Positions 48,368 through 59,300 of a DNA stretch of 64,000 bases are shown here, one piece after another. Source of the stretch: Pirellulales bacterium. Its GTDB lineage: Bacteria > Planctomycetota > Planctomycetia > Pirellulales > JANQPP01. The DNA is taken from positions 28,297 to 92,296 of the forward strand of contig JANQPP010000036.1 of the NCBI GenBank assembly GCA_028289405.1, read 5' to 3'. The notes under the pieces were generated by a model, which did not search any database, had not been told where the DNA came from, and saw only the letters and a program-made list of their open reading frames with translations. How positions within the stretch are numbered: position 1 is the stretch's first letter; each line of letters opens with the position of its first letter. Made by a program: the position numbers and the translations under genes.

Positions 48368-48568
48368 CGCCGCATGCGGGCAGGCAGTCACGTCATGCCC
48401 GCCATATGGTCCCGCCGCGAATCGGCACGATCTGCGCTTCTTTCGGCGAAATCCGCGCCTTTTTCCGGACTCGCGGTAGAGAAACGTTGCTTTCTAAAGA
48501 TCCGCGTTCCCGCGTAAGTCCAACTCTCGAAGCCACTTCGTGAGTAAGTGCATGCTTTCGTCTCTGCC

Positions 48569-48584
48569 TGGCATGCTGCTTGCA
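48569..48584 (+). promoter_or_regulatory. Candidate sigma54 (RpoN) -24/-12 promoter for the flgF operon
   Basis: TGGCAT-GCTGC-TTGCA against the consensus TGGCAC-N5-TTGCW. GG and GC are at the correct 10-nt spacing, 51 nt upstream of the flgF ATG. Confidence 0.6.
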
Positions 48585-48634
48585 TAAGAAGCCAGGGCAG
48601 AACGACAGGGGGGCGAAAAGAACCTGTCGGAATC

Positions 48635-49387
48635 ATGCCCTACGGACTCTACATTTCCGCCGAAGGCGCGCAAGCGCAGAGCCAACGCCTGGACGTCATC
48701 GCTAATAACTTGGCGAACGTGGATACGGTCGGTTTCAAGCGGCAACTGGCCATTTTTCAGGCCCGGTTCGCAGAAGCCATTGAGCAAGGAGAGATTCAGC
48801 CAGGTACTGGGGAGATCGAGGATGTCGGCGGCGGGGTTCTGTTCCGAGAAACCAAAACCGATTTTTCTCCGGGGCAGTTAAAGCGTACCGGCCTTCCCAC
48901 GGACTTGGCCATCGACGGCGATGGTTTTTTTCTCGTGGGAAAGGGAGATGAAACCTTCCTGACCCGCGCCGGGAATTTTGTCGTCAATTCAGCCGGAGAA
49001 CTGGTCACGCCCTCCGGCTACCACCTGCTGGACGAGAATAGCGCGCCGGTGCAGTTGAATTTGAGCGGTGATGCCTGGCATGTCACTGCCGACGGCGCCT
49101 TGCAGCAAAGTGGGGCCAAACAATATCTGGCGCTGGTGCGGCCGGAAGAACTCCAGCGGTTGCGGCCAGAGGGAGAAAACCTGTTCTCCTTGGAGCAAGG
49201 CACGCCGCTGCTGCCGGCCACGCGACGCAGCGTGCAGGCGGGATTCCTTGAACAATCGGGAGTACGGCCCGTCACCGAGATGATGAATCTCATCGAGGCG
49301 TCCCGGGCCTATGAAACCAATGTCAAGCTGATTCAAAACCAAGACCACATGTTGGGCGAGCTCGTGAATCGCGTGCTGCGGCAATAG
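48635..49387 (+). CDS. flgF: Flagellar basal-body rod protein FlgF
   Basis: MPYGLYISAEGAQAQSQRLDVIANNLANVDTVGFK N-terminus and C-terminal ASRAYETNVKLIQ. Start trimmed to ATG 48635. Confidence 0.85.
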   Translation: MPYGLYISAEGAQAQSQRLDVIANNLANVDTVGFKRQLAIFQARFAEAIEQGEIQPGTGEIEDVGGGVLFRETKTDFSPGQLKRTGLPTDLAIDGDGFFLVGKGDETFLTRAGNFVVNSAGELVTPSGYHLLDENSAPVQLNLSGDAWHVTADGALQQSGAKQYLALVRPEELQRLRPEGENLFSLEQGTPLLPATRRSVQAGFLEQSGVRPVTEMMNLIEASRAYETNVKLIQNQDHMLGELVNRVLRQ

Positions 49388-49482
49388 TCGCGTGGGGTGG
49401 CGAGGCATGCGGTCACACGACACTTCCTTTCCAAATCAACATTCAAAATTCGACCGAATCCAAAGCCACGGATGGAGATCGC

Positions 49483-50292
49483 ATGAGTGTGCAAACCTTG
49501 TATACGGCGGCCACGGGCATGGAGTCCCTAGAAACCAAGTTGGACGTGATCGCCAACAACTTGGCGAACGTCAACACGATTGGCTTCAAAAAGGGGACGG
49601 CCAACTTTGAAGATCTCTTTTACCGGCATCACAAGATGCCTGGCTCCGTCAATGCACAAAACGAACTGACGCCGACGGGGATTTCCGTTGGATTGGGATC
49701 GCGAGTGTCGAGTGTCCAGACCGATTTTCGGCAAGGTGCCTTCCGCCAAACCAACGACCAATTGGACGTGGCGATTGAAGGGGATGGCTTTTTCCAAGTC
49801 CTCGATTCCAGCGGTGACCCAGTATATTCCCGGGCGGGCAACTTCTCCATTAACGCGGACGGGAATTTGGTATTGGGCTCCGCGCACAACGGACGCCTGG
49901 TCAATCCACCGATCAACATCCCACCGGAGGCCACGTTTATTGAAATCGGACCCAACGGCACCGTCTCCGTACAACAACCGGGACAGACACAGTTAGCAAA
50001 CGTGGGCCAAATTCAAATCGCCAATTTCATTAATCCCGAGGGGCTGCTCAAGCTGGGCGAGAATCTGTACGCCGAAACAGAATCCTCTGGCCCGGCGAAT
50101 ATCAGCGATCCAGGTGATCCGGGAATCGGCTTGGGCGTGTTGCGGCAAGGAACGCAAGAAGCTTCCAACGTCGAGCCGGTGCAGGAACTGGTGGACCTAA
50201 TCACCACGCAACGGTCGTTCGAGTTGAATTCCCAAGCGGTCCAAGTTGGCGATCAGATCCTCCAACTCATCGCCAATCTACGTCGATTCTAG
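49483..50292 (+). CDS. flgG: Flagellar distal rod protein FlgG
   Basis: LYTAATGMESLETKLDVIANNLANVNTIGFK and C-terminal SNVEPVQELVDLITTQRSFELNSQ. Confidence 0.9.
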   Translation: MSVQTLYTAATGMESLETKLDVIANNLANVNTIGFKKGTANFEDLFYRHHKMPGSVNAQNELTPTGISVGLGSRVSSVQTDFRQGAFRQTNDQLDVAIEGDGFFQVLDSSGDPVYSRAGNFSINADGNLVLGSAHNGRLVNPPINIPPEATFIEIGPNGTVSVQQPGQTQLANVGQIQIANFINPEGLLKLGENLYAETESSGPANISDPGDPGIGLGVLRQGTQEASNVEPVQELVDLITTQRSFELNSQAVQVGDQILQLIANLRRF

Positions 50293-50311
50293 TGATACTT
50301 TGAAAGAGTCC

Positions 50312-51439
50312 ATGAGCCACATGCAACGTATTCTGGTAGGGCTGGCCGCGTCGGTGGCCATGTTATTGCTCGGTATTTCTCCGGCGTTTGCCGAAACGCT
50401 GGCGGAAATCCGCTGGCGTGAGGAGTATGTCAGCCCGCCCGGTTTGGTCGGCCTCGCCGATCTGGCGGACATCATCACCGACGAGCCGCTCCTGCTCGCA
50501 CGGCTTTCGCAAGTAAAACTCTTCCCCGGGCCTCCGCGGGGAGTGGTGCGGCGTTACCGTTCACAGCAGCTCTTGGAGAGCCTGGTTTTAGCCGGCATGG
50601 ATCTCAGCGGAGTCCGCTTCACGGGCGCGACTTCCGTGCGGATCATCGGACAGGGTCGGCAGATACCTCGCGAATTCACAAGCTCTGGAAAGGTTCCACG
50701 TAGCCGCAAGGAAGAATCACCGGCGGACATGAAGATGCTCGTGAAAGAGTATATGCGAGCACGGGGAGTGGAACCCGAGCAATGGCGGATGGAAATCATC
50801 TCCCCACTTCCGAAACTCTTGTCGTTGGGAAGGAAAAGCGAATTCCGCCTGGAGCGTGGACCGGAGAACCTCAGCGAGGGGGAACATCGGTTCCTGTTTC
50901 AAGTAACCGACGCGGGCAGGGCGCGTGATGTGTCGGTCATCGTGGACTTGCAACGAATTCCAGGAATCGTCGTTGCCACGCGGGCCTTACCTCGGGGAAC
51001 GGTGATCACCGCACGAGACGTGAAGCTGGAATTTGTCACTTCTGGAAATTTTCCATCCGATGGCTACGGAGACTTGGACCAAGTCATCGGCCTGGAAACC
51101 ACGCGCGGCATTTCCGCGGGACAGCATCTTCGACGCGGCGCGATTCGGCGTCCCGTGCTCGTGTTCCGCAATAAAGTGGTCACGGTCCGCTCCCGAACTG
51201 CTGGCGTGCAGGTCACGACCTCCGCGAAGGCCCGTGAGGATGGCGGCCTGGGAGACGTGATTCGCGTCGAGGCGCTTGAGGATCGAAACAGCACTTACCT
51301 GGCCCGCGTAAGTGGCCCGCATGAAGTGGAGGTCCTCGCGGGCGCGCCGGTGGTCGGGCGTGCCGCGTCGCCATCAAAACCGCGCGCGACCGGTCGGCCA
51401 AACAACCAACCCTTCTTCGCAAGAGTCAACAGACCATGA
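50312..51439 (+). CDS. flgA: Flagellar P-ring assembly chaperone FlgA (long form)
   Basis: Signal peptide, SAF-like VVATRALPRGTVITARDV and C-terminal GGLGDVIRVE.....Y.ARV pattern. 375 aa, which is longer than the usual FlgA. Confidence 0.75.
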   Translation: MSHMQRILVGLAASVAMLLLGISPAFAETLAEIRWREEYVSPPGLVGLADLADIITDEPLLLARLSQVKLFPGPPRGVVRRYRSQQLLESLVLAGMDLSGVRFTGATSVRIIGQGRQIPREFTSSGKVPRSRKEESPADMKMLVKEYMRARGVEPEQWRMEIISPLPKLLSLGRKSEFRLERGPENLSEGEHRFLFQVTDAGRARDVSVIVDLQRIPGIVVATRALPRGTVITARDVKLEFVTSGNFPSDGYGDLDQVIGLETTRGISAGQHLRRGAIRRPVLVFRNKVVTVRSRTAGVQVTTSAKAREDGGLGDVIRVEALEDRNSTYLARVSGPHEVEVLAGAPVVGRAASPSKPRATGRPNNQPFFARVNRP

Positions 51440-52161
51440 AATATTTACACTTGTGTTATCAGGGCCGTGTTCGCTCATCACGGCTTACGCCCCTGGCCGC
51501 GGGATTGAGCGTGTGGCTGCTCGCCTCTTTTTTCTTGGCGGCCACGGCCAGCGCGCAATCCTCCAGCTTGTATCAGCGGTATCTGGCGGCGCGGGGACAA
51601 CGCAACCTGACCATGGAGGATACGTCCTTGATATTTCAAGCCGTCGAGCCTCCGCGAAAAATCCAACTGTATGACTTGATCACCGTGATCGTAAGTGAAC
51701 AGTCCCAAACGATCAATGAAGGCGAATTGGAGCGCCGCAAAATCTCCCTTTACAACGCGGCATTGGCCGATTGGATCTTGCTGGACGGCTTTTCCGCCCG
51801 ACCCGATCCGCAATCCGAAGGAGATTTACGGGTCAATGGGCAGCTCAACAGCCAGTACCGAGCTGAAGCGGATATGGAAACCGCCGACTCCATGCAATTC
51901 AGCATCCAGGCCCAGGTCGTGGATATCCGCCCCAACGGTCTCCTCGTCATCGAAGCTCGCAAAACGATCCAACACAACGCCGAGGTTGCCGAGCGGACGT
52001 TGATTGGACTGGTGCGGCCGGAGGATGTGCTACCCGATAACTCGGTCCTGAGCCGCAACGTCGCGGAGTTGCGAATTTACAAGAATGAAAAGGGCTCCGT
52101 GCCCAATGGCTACCGCTTGGGTTGGTTCGCCCGCTTGTTCGACACGATCCAGCCCTTTTAG
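51436..52161 (+). CDS. flgH: Flagellar L-ring protein FlgH
   Basis: SLY......L..D......YDLITVIV.E and LLVIEARKTI.....E....IGLVRPEDV pattern. ATGA overlap with flgA. The signal peptide ends ATASA-QS with no lipobox Cys. Confidence 0.85.
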   Translation: MKYLHLCYQGRVRSSRLTPLAAGLSVWLLASFFLAATASAQSSSLYQRYLAARGQRNLTMEDTSLIFQAVEPPRKIQLYDLITVIVSEQSQTINEGELERRKISLYNAALADWILLDGFSARPDPQSEGDLRVNGQLNSQYRAEADMETADSMQFSIQAQVVDIRPNGLLVIEARKTIQHNAEVAERTLIGLVRPEDVLPDNSVLSRNVAELRIYKNEKGSVPNGYRLGWFARLFDTIQPF

Positions 52162-52233
52162 CGGGTGAATGACGTCACGAGGAATCATCGAGCCATTTAC
52201 CACCTCGACCCATTCGAAAAGGACATGCACGGT

Positions 52234-53346
52234 ATGAAAACCTGGGCACGGATGATTCTGGGAATGTTCTTGCTGTTTTTTGCCTCCTCGGCGGAAGCCG
52301 TGAAGGTCAGCGATATTTGCCGCATCAAGGGGCAAGAAGAAAACACCCTGCAAGGCCTGGGATTGGTCGTGGGCTTGCGGGGCACCGGGGACAGTGCCGA
52401 ATTCGGCCCTACCGCCCGGGCTTTGGCCAATGCGATGCAGCGCTTGGGAACGCCACTACCCGGTGGGCTCCAAGAGTTCCGCAAAGCCAACAACGTGGCC
52501 ATCGTGATGGTCACGGCGACCGTGCCCGCGACGGGCGCGCGGCAAGGGGACAAGCTAGATTGCGTGGTGACTTCCGTAGGCGCGGCCAAAAGCCTGGCGG
52601 GAGGAACCTTGTTGATCACGCCCCTGCGCGGGCCGTTTTTTGAACAAACTCCGCTGCATGTGGCGGGCCAGGCCAAAGTTTATGCCTTCGCCCAGGGTGC
52701 CTTGCATTTGGAAGAGCCGCAAGTTCCCACCAAGGCGGTGATCAGCCAAGGCTGCCGTCTGGAAGAAGATTTTTTGAACAACGGCTACGTCGTGGAAGGC
52801 GGTATCACGCTAGTCCTCAAGGAGAGCCACGCCCAATTCTCGATGGCATTCGAGGTAGCCGATCGAATTAATCATTCTCCGGTTGCAATCGGTACTCAAA
52901 GTGGTCGCTTTCGTCTCTCACAGGACGCTACATCAGAAGAAAACAGTGGAGCTCTGGCCGTCGCGATAGACAGTGTGAATATTCTGGTACGTGTCCCTTC
53001 GCAATACTTGGAAGCGCCGGTCGATTTTATTGCTCAGGTGATGGACGTGGATCTGGAAGACGTCCGGCTTGCCGCGAGGGTAGACATCGACCAAGCCGCG
53101 GGAAGCATTGTCGTGGGTGAAGACGTGGAGATTGGACCTTCGGTGATTTCGCACCGCAACCTGGTGATTCAGACCGGCAACAACCTGCCGCCAGGGCAGT
53201 TCGTGCCGACCGATCCGGAAAATGTAAAGCTGAAAGCGCTGATGGAAGCCTTGAACGCGGTCAAAGTTCCCACCGAGGACATGATCGAAATCATCAAAGG
53301 GCTGGAACGCAATGGAAAGCTGCATGGGCAATTGGTGATCCAATAA
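52234..53346 (+). CDS. flgI: Flagellar P-ring protein FlgI
   Basis: Signal peptide, then RIKGQEENTLQGLGLVVGLRGTGDS. C-terminal LNAVKVPTEDMIEIIKGLERNGKLHGQLVI. Start trimmed to ATG 52234. Confidence 0.9.
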   Translation: MKTWARMILGMFLLFFASSAEAVKVSDICRIKGQEENTLQGLGLVVGLRGTGDSAEFGPTARALANAMQRLGTPLPGGLQEFRKANNVAIVMVTATVPATGARQGDKLDCVVTSVGAAKSLAGGTLLITPLRGPFFEQTPLHVAGQAKVYAFAQGALHLEEPQVPTKAVISQGCRLEEDFLNNGYVVEGGITLVLKESHAQFSMAFEVADRINHSPVAIGTQSGRFRLSQDATSEENSGALAVAIDSVNILVRVPSQYLEAPVDFIAQVMDVDLEDVRLAARVDIDQAAGSIVVGEDVEIGPSVISHRNLVIQTGNNLPPGQFVPTDPENVKLKALMEALNAVKVPTEDMIEIIKGLERNGKLHGQLVIQ

Positions 53347-53398
53347 CACCTTCCCTTACCCCGACGCTAATTCTTGCAACGTAGTGAAGGAAAGCCAC

Positions 53399-53800
53399 AT
53401 GGACCGCGTTCTCCCTACTTCGAAATCGCTCACCCCAACGAGTGCCGACGTGACGGTTCGAGGTTCACACGCGTCGCAAGCCGGTTTGAATCAAGGGCAG
53501 TTTAACTCACTGCTCCGCGAAGCAGAGGCACTTCAAGGCCAGCAACCAGGGGAGCAGCCTGAAGAAAGCGAACTGCGGTCCGCGTTCGTGGGCTTCGTGG
53601 CGGAAACCTTCTTCGGCCAGATGCTCCAGGCCATGCACCGCGCGCACGACAAGCCGGCCTATTTTCATGGAGGCCAAGCCGAGGAGATCTTTCGCCAGCA
53701 ACTTGATCAGACGATCGCCGAAAAATTGGCGGAGTCCCATGGAGATGCCTTCGCCGGAGGCATGTTCGAGCAGTTTGCCCAATTTCGAGAATCCGCATGA
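53399..53800 (+). CDS. flgJ: Rod-binding protein (FlgJ N-terminal-domain type, no muramidase domain)
   Basis: FVGFVAETFFGQMLQAMHRA......FHGGQAEEIFRQQLDQ..AEKLA matches the Rod_binding pattern. 133 aa. Confidence 0.7.
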   Translation: MDRVLPTSKSLTPTSADVTVRGSHASQAGLNQGQFNSLLREAEALQGQQPGEQPEESELRSAFVGFVAETFFGQMLQAMHRAHDKPAYFHGGQAEEIFRQQLDQTIAEKLAESHGDAFAGGMFEQFAQFRESA

Positions 53801-53934
53801 CGGCGGAACTGGCCGTCCCATGAATTAGACGAAAGGTCACATAGACCGGAGCGCGGTAAGTTCCGCTCTCTCGCTTAATGCCCCGAGATTCAACGCATAT
53901 CAAAACCGAAAGTATTGGTCGCAAGGAGCCATGG

Positions 53935-54474
53935 ATGGCAGCGCCGGATGACAATAACGCCTCTCTCGAAAGGCTTGCCACGAGAAATGGGGAGCCCGAT
54001 TGGGAGCAGGAAATCGCCAGCTTTCTCGAACGGCTATCGAGCGTGCAAGAACAGGTCTTGGCCCTGCTGGCCGAGAAGCGGCAACTCTTGGCCAAGGCGG
54101 ACCAACCCGGTTTGGTGGCGCTGCAAACTCGCGAGAGGGAGGCGATCCAAGCCCTGCAGGAATGCCATGCCTGGAGAGAAGAATTTCTGCGTCAGGCCAA
54201 GTTGAGCGGCTTGCCAGGCAATAACCTGCGTGAGCTGACAGCTAGTTTGTCCCGCGATGCGCGTCAACAACTACACCCACGCATCCAGGCCGCGACTTCC
54301 CGGGCGAGGCTTCTTCAGCACGATAGCATCACGAATTGGCTCGTGAACCAAAAGACTTTAATCCATCTCTCGCAGATCCTAGAGATCATTGCGACCGGGG
54401 GCCAGTTACAACCGACATATGGAAAGGAGAACCAAGATGGTTCTCGAGGGTCGCTTGTGGACCAGGCTGCCTAG
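53935..54474 (+). CDS. flgN: FlgN-like flagellar export chaperone
   Basis: Helical 179-aa protein immediately upstream of flgK-flgL. Heptad pattern L..L..V.E..L.LL.E...LL matches FlgN. ATG 53935 has AAGGAG 6 nt upstream. Family call is moderate. Confidence 0.55.
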   Translation: MAAPDDNNASLERLATRNGEPDWEQEIASFLERLSSVQEQVLALLAEKRQLLAKADQPGLVALQTREREAIQALQECHAWREEFLRQAKLSGLPGNNLRELTASLSRDARQQLHPRIQAATSRARLLQHDSITNWLVNQKTLIHLSQILEIIATGGQLQPTYGKENQDGSRGSLVDQAA

Positions 54475-54518
54475 AACTCCAAGTCTTCGTTAACTTTTCT
54501 ATTCGCTCGGGATAGCTG

Positions 54519-56216
54519 ATGTCGCTGTTCGGCTCGATGCAGATTGGCAATAACGCCCTCCGCGCGGCCCAAATCGGGTTGCAGGTGACGGGGCAGAATA
54601 TTGCCAATGCGAATACGCCCGGCTACATCCGGGAGGAGGTGATCTTCGCGCCTGCTCCCACTCAGCAAGTGGGTACACTTTCGCTGGGGCTGGGCGTCCA
54701 GGTCGAAGGCATCGTGCAAAAAATCGATCTTTTCCTGGAAGATCGGTTGCGGGGTGCGATCAGCGACCGCGTAAACAGTGAAACCAAGGAAGAAATCTAT
54801 CTGCAATTGGAGGCCATCGTTGGGGAACTAGGGGAACAAGACCTCAGCACCTCGATGAATCGCTTCTTCTCTAGCATCGCCGATATTCTCAATCAGCCGG
54901 AAAGCATCGCGGTCCGCAATCTGGCCACGCTGCATGGAGAGACGCTGGCGGAAGACATCAAACGCATGGCCGAACGGGCACTCACCGTGCGGAAAGACTT
55001 GAATACCCGAGTCGAAGCCTTGGCGGAGGATGCCAACCGGCTCCTAGAGGAGATCCGCACTCTCAATATCCGCATCGCCGAAACCGAAGGCGGCAGTGTC
55101 TCCAACAGCGAAGCGGTCGGGTTACGGGACCAGCGGAATACGGCCCTCAGCCGCCTGGCGGAGATCATCGACATTCGCGTGGAGGAGCAGCCCAGTGGAG
55201 GCGTGGCGGTCTTCGCCGAGGGGACATTTCTGGTGTTCGAGGGGAGTCTCCGCCATGTGGAAGTCGAGCGCGAGTCGGACCGTGGCGTGACCGTGAGCTC
55301 TCTCCGCATCGCGGAGACAGAAGCGATTCTCCCCGCTGGGTCCGGGGAACTGGCTGGCCTGATCGAAGCGCGGGACGAGATCGCGGGCGGCTTTCTCGAA
55401 CAACTGGACGACTTCGCCGCTACCCTGGCGTTCGAGTTCAATCAGGTCTTTGCCTCAGGGCAAGGATTGACCGGCTACCAGGAACTTACCAGCCAATTTC
55501 AGGCCGAGAATACCACGCTTCCTCTGGACGAAGCGGGATTCCCGTTCGAGCCCCGCAACGGTTCTTTCGAAGTGCAAATCCGCGATCGAGACACCAACGC
55601 GATCGAGACGACGGTTGTTCGAGTCGATCTAAATGGCCTCGATCAAGACACCAGCCTGGACAATTTGGTAACCCAATTGGAGGCGATCGACGGACTTTCC
55701 GCTGAGCTGGATGCCAATGGCCGGCTGCTGCTCAGCTCCGAATCCAGCAATCAAGATTTCTCCTTCGGCAGGGACAGCAGCGGTATTCTCGCGGTGCTGG
55801 GGGTCAATACCTTTTTCACCGGTTCGACCGCATTGGATTTGGGGATTAACAGCGATATCCGTGAAGATCCTAGTAAGTTCGCCGTGAGCCAAGAGGGTGT
55901 AGGGGCCAACACGCGGAACGGTGAAATCTTGGCCGCGTTCCTTGATCGGCCCTTGCAATCCAAGGACGGAGAGTCCATTGCCAGCCTCTATGACCGAATT
56001 ACAGGAGACTTGACACAATCCTCAAGCGTGGCCCGCGCGGTGGCGGACGGATTCCGGACGTTTGAGCAAACGCTGAATGAGCAGAGCTTGGCCATCAGCG
56101 GAGTCAGTCTGGATGAGGAGGCGGTAAGGATGATTGCCTTTCAACGTATGTACCAAGCCTCCGCGCGTTACATCGCCACGATTAGTGAGTTGCTGGAAAC
56201 TCTGGTCAATCTGTAG
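54519..56216 (+). CDS. flgK: Flagellar hook-associated protein 1 (FlgK)
   Basis: MSLFGSMQIGNNALRAAQIGLQVTGQNIANANTPGY N-terminus and C-terminal SGVSLDEEAVRMIAFQRMYQASARYI. Confidence 0.85.
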   Translation: MSLFGSMQIGNNALRAAQIGLQVTGQNIANANTPGYIREEVIFAPAPTQQVGTLSLGLGVQVEGIVQKIDLFLEDRLRGAISDRVNSETKEEIYLQLEAIVGELGEQDLSTSMNRFFSSIADILNQPESIAVRNLATLHGETLAEDIKRMAERALTVRKDLNTRVEALAEDANRLLEEIRTLNIRIAETEGGSVSNSEAVGLRDQRNTALSRLAEIIDIRVEEQPSGGVAVFAEGTFLVFEGSLRHVEVERESDRGVTVSSLRIAETEAILPAGSGELAGLIEARDEIAGGFLEQLDDFAATLAFEFNQVFASGQGLTGYQELTSQFQAENTTLPLDEAGFPFEPRNGSFEVQIRDRDTNAIETTVVRVDLNGLDQDTSLDNLVTQLEAIDGLSAELDANGRLLLSSESSNQDFSFGRDSSGILAVLGVNTFFTGSTALDLGINSDIREDPSKFAVSQEGVGANTRNGEILAAFLDRPLQSKDGESIASLYDRITGDLTQSSSVARAVADGFRTFEQTLNEQSLAISGVSLDEEAVRMIAFQRMYQASARYIATISELLETLVNL

Positions 56217-56315
56217 TTGGGAGCATCGCAAACTCGTGGAATTTGCCCCCATTCGGACCTCTCATCGGCCATCGTCCGGTGAGAGGCGATTTCGTTCTTT
56301 TGTTGTAAACATGCC

Positions 56316-59300
56316 ATGAGCCCGGTCAGTTCCATCCCGACGAGTCGCGTGAGCGAATTGCTGATTGGCCAACGGGTGTTGAGCCAGCTTCGGGCCGATC
56401 AGCAAGCCTTATTCCGCGTTCAAGATTCGATTTCCACCGGTTTTCGCATCCAGACGCCGAGTGACGACGCGCCGGCGGCAGTGCGGGCCATGGGCTTGCA
56501 GCAGTTGATCGAACGGAAAGAACAAGTCAAAGTCAACCTGTCAACGAATCAATCTTTTCTGACCGCGACCGATACGGCGCTGGCCGAAGTTCGTGGTCTG
56601 TTGAATTCCGTGCTTTCGACTTCCATCGCCGCGGCGAGCAGTACCACGAGTGATTCTCAACGGCTGGCCGCGGCTCAGGAAGTGCGTGGCGCGCTCGACC
56701 AGATTCTGAATACATCGAACCAGAAATTTCGAGATCGTTATCTGTTCGCCGGTTCGACGACCAACGTGCGTCCCTTCGAAGCCAACGAAAACGTTGTCCG
56801 TTACCACGGCAACGAAGAGGTGCTACGTAGCTACTCCGATCTAGACCTGCTGTTCGAAACCAATGTCCATGGAAATGATGTCTTCGGGGCCATCTCCGAT
56901 CCCGTCCGGGGAGCCGTGGACCTGAATCCGATCATCACGTTCGATACCCGGCTCTCCGATTTGCATGGCGGGGACGGAGTTAACTTGGGCTCCATTCAGA
57001 TCTCGGATGGAACGAATTCTTCCACCATCGATCTAAGTGGTGCCGAAACAATGCGCGACGTAGTGGATCTCTTGGTGGCTCAGCCTCCGCCCGGTCGGGC
57101 GCTTTCCGTGACGGTGACTCCGCAGGGGCTGAACGTGGCCCTGGATTCTGCGGGAGGAGGGGAGTTGACCGTGCGGGAAGTTGCCGGCGGGACAGTCGCC
57201 ACGGAGTTGGGGATTCTCCAGCCCAATGGCACGGGCAGCCTGGAGGTCCTCGGCGAGGACTTGCGTCCTCGATTGACCCCCACAACGCCGCTCCGCGACA
57301 TCTTGGGGACGCGTCCGTTCACCCGTTTGGCCATGAGTGGCGCCAACAATGACCTGCTGATCGAGGCCAACGAGCGGGGGCTCGATTTCAATGGTTACTC
57401 CTTCCACGTGATCGACGACAACGCGTTGCAGGCCTCGCAAGGCATCGCCGGAGGCGGCGTCGCCATACGCACCGAAACGGATCCCGTGGCCGCGAGAACT
57501 TCGCTGGCCTTCAATGGTTCGAATAACGATTTGATCCTCACGGCCAATACGCCGGGGACGGATTTCAACAACGTGCGCGTCGCGGTTGCCTCGAACATCG
57601 TGGCTCCAGCGGCGCCTCCCACGGCGGTTTTTGATCAGGCCACGAATACGTTGTCGATCAATCTCCGCACCGATGGAACCACCACGGCAAACGAAATCAT
57701 TGCCGCGATTGCCATTGAACCGTCCGGCAATTTCACCGCCAGTTTGGATGATTCCCTGGAAACCACGAATGACGGCAGCGGCACCGTGGGCGTGGTGAAT
57801 GATCCAGAATTCGCTTCAACGGGAAATTCCGGCGGGGCCGCGAATACAGTGTTCATCCATGTGCAAAATGGCGTTACCACTTCGTCGGAAATCGCCGAGG
57901 CAATCAACACCGAAGGAACTTTTTCCGCCACTTTCGACCCAAGCGACAATCCCCTCATCGCGGACGCGGGGACCGGCCTTGTCGACCTTGCCAGCACGGC
58001 CACGACGGCGGGCGGCACGGGTGTGGAATTCGATCAGGCGTCCGGGCTGCAAATACTCAACGGCGATGAAACCCACGTCATTGATATCGCGGCGGCGGAA
58101 ACCATCGAGGACGTGATCAATATTCTCAACGGTTCTCCGGCCGGAGTGGTCGCGGAAATCAATGCGGCGGGCAACGGTCTGGACATTCGTTCCCTTTTGA
58201 GCGGCACGGACTTCGCAATTGGTGAGAATGGAGGCACCACGGCGACCGAACTAGGAATCCGTTCATTTTCCACCGAGACGCGACTCGACGATCTGAATTA
58301 TGGCTTTGGTGTGCATAAGGCTGATGGTGTCGATTTCACGATCCAACGCAGAGACGGTGTTGAACTGGAAATCGAACTTGGGGATGCAAAAACTGTCGGT
58401 GAGGTGCTGGAGATCATCAACACTCATCCCGATAACCAGACCGGGATTCCTCTCACCGCCACTCTAGCCAGGTTTGGCAACGGCATTGAGCTAGTTCATG
58501 ATGATCCCGCTGGGACGGAACCCTTGGTGGTCCGTCGCGCGGTATTGGGGCAAGCGGCACAGGATCTAGGATTGGTCCCGTCATTTGAAGAGGAAAGCCT
58601 TCCGGCGATTCCTGGCACAATCGCCACCGCGCAAACCGCCTTGGCTGGCGCGGATAACGACCTAGTATGGGAATCCGCGTTGCCGGGAGCCGTATTCAAT
58701 GACGTATCGATCATCTATACGAACTTCGCCGCCGTGGGAGACCAGGCCTTCGCGAGTTATGACGCGTTGGATAAGACGCTGACGATCGATATCGATCCTG
58801 CCGCGACCACGGCCAATACGGTCATCGCGGCAGTCGCCACGGAAGGCACTTTCGTCGCCCAACTCGACGAAACTTCCGAGCCAGGCAATACCGGAGCGGG
58901 ACTGATCGCATTTACGGGAGAGGCGGGACAATTCTCGGGAGGAACCGCCGAGACACTGACGGGCCGAGATACTAATCCACAGGAAACAAAAGGGGTTTTT
59001 AATTCATTGGTCCGGCTTAGCTTAGCGCTCGAATCCGGAAATTCGCTGTTGGATATCGACCGCGCCGCGGAACTGCTGCGGGACGACCTGACCCGGCTCG
59101 ACTTTGTGCGTGCGGAAGTGGGAACACGCCAACAAAGCCTCGATGTGCTCGAAATCCGCGTGGAGGACGAGGAGATCATCCTGAAGCAGGCATTGAGTTC
59201 CGAGATTGAAGTTGACCTGGTGGAGGCGATTTCCACGCTGTCGGCCCGACAAGCTTCGTTTGAAGCTTCCTTGCAATCAACCGCCGCGATTTCGCAACTC

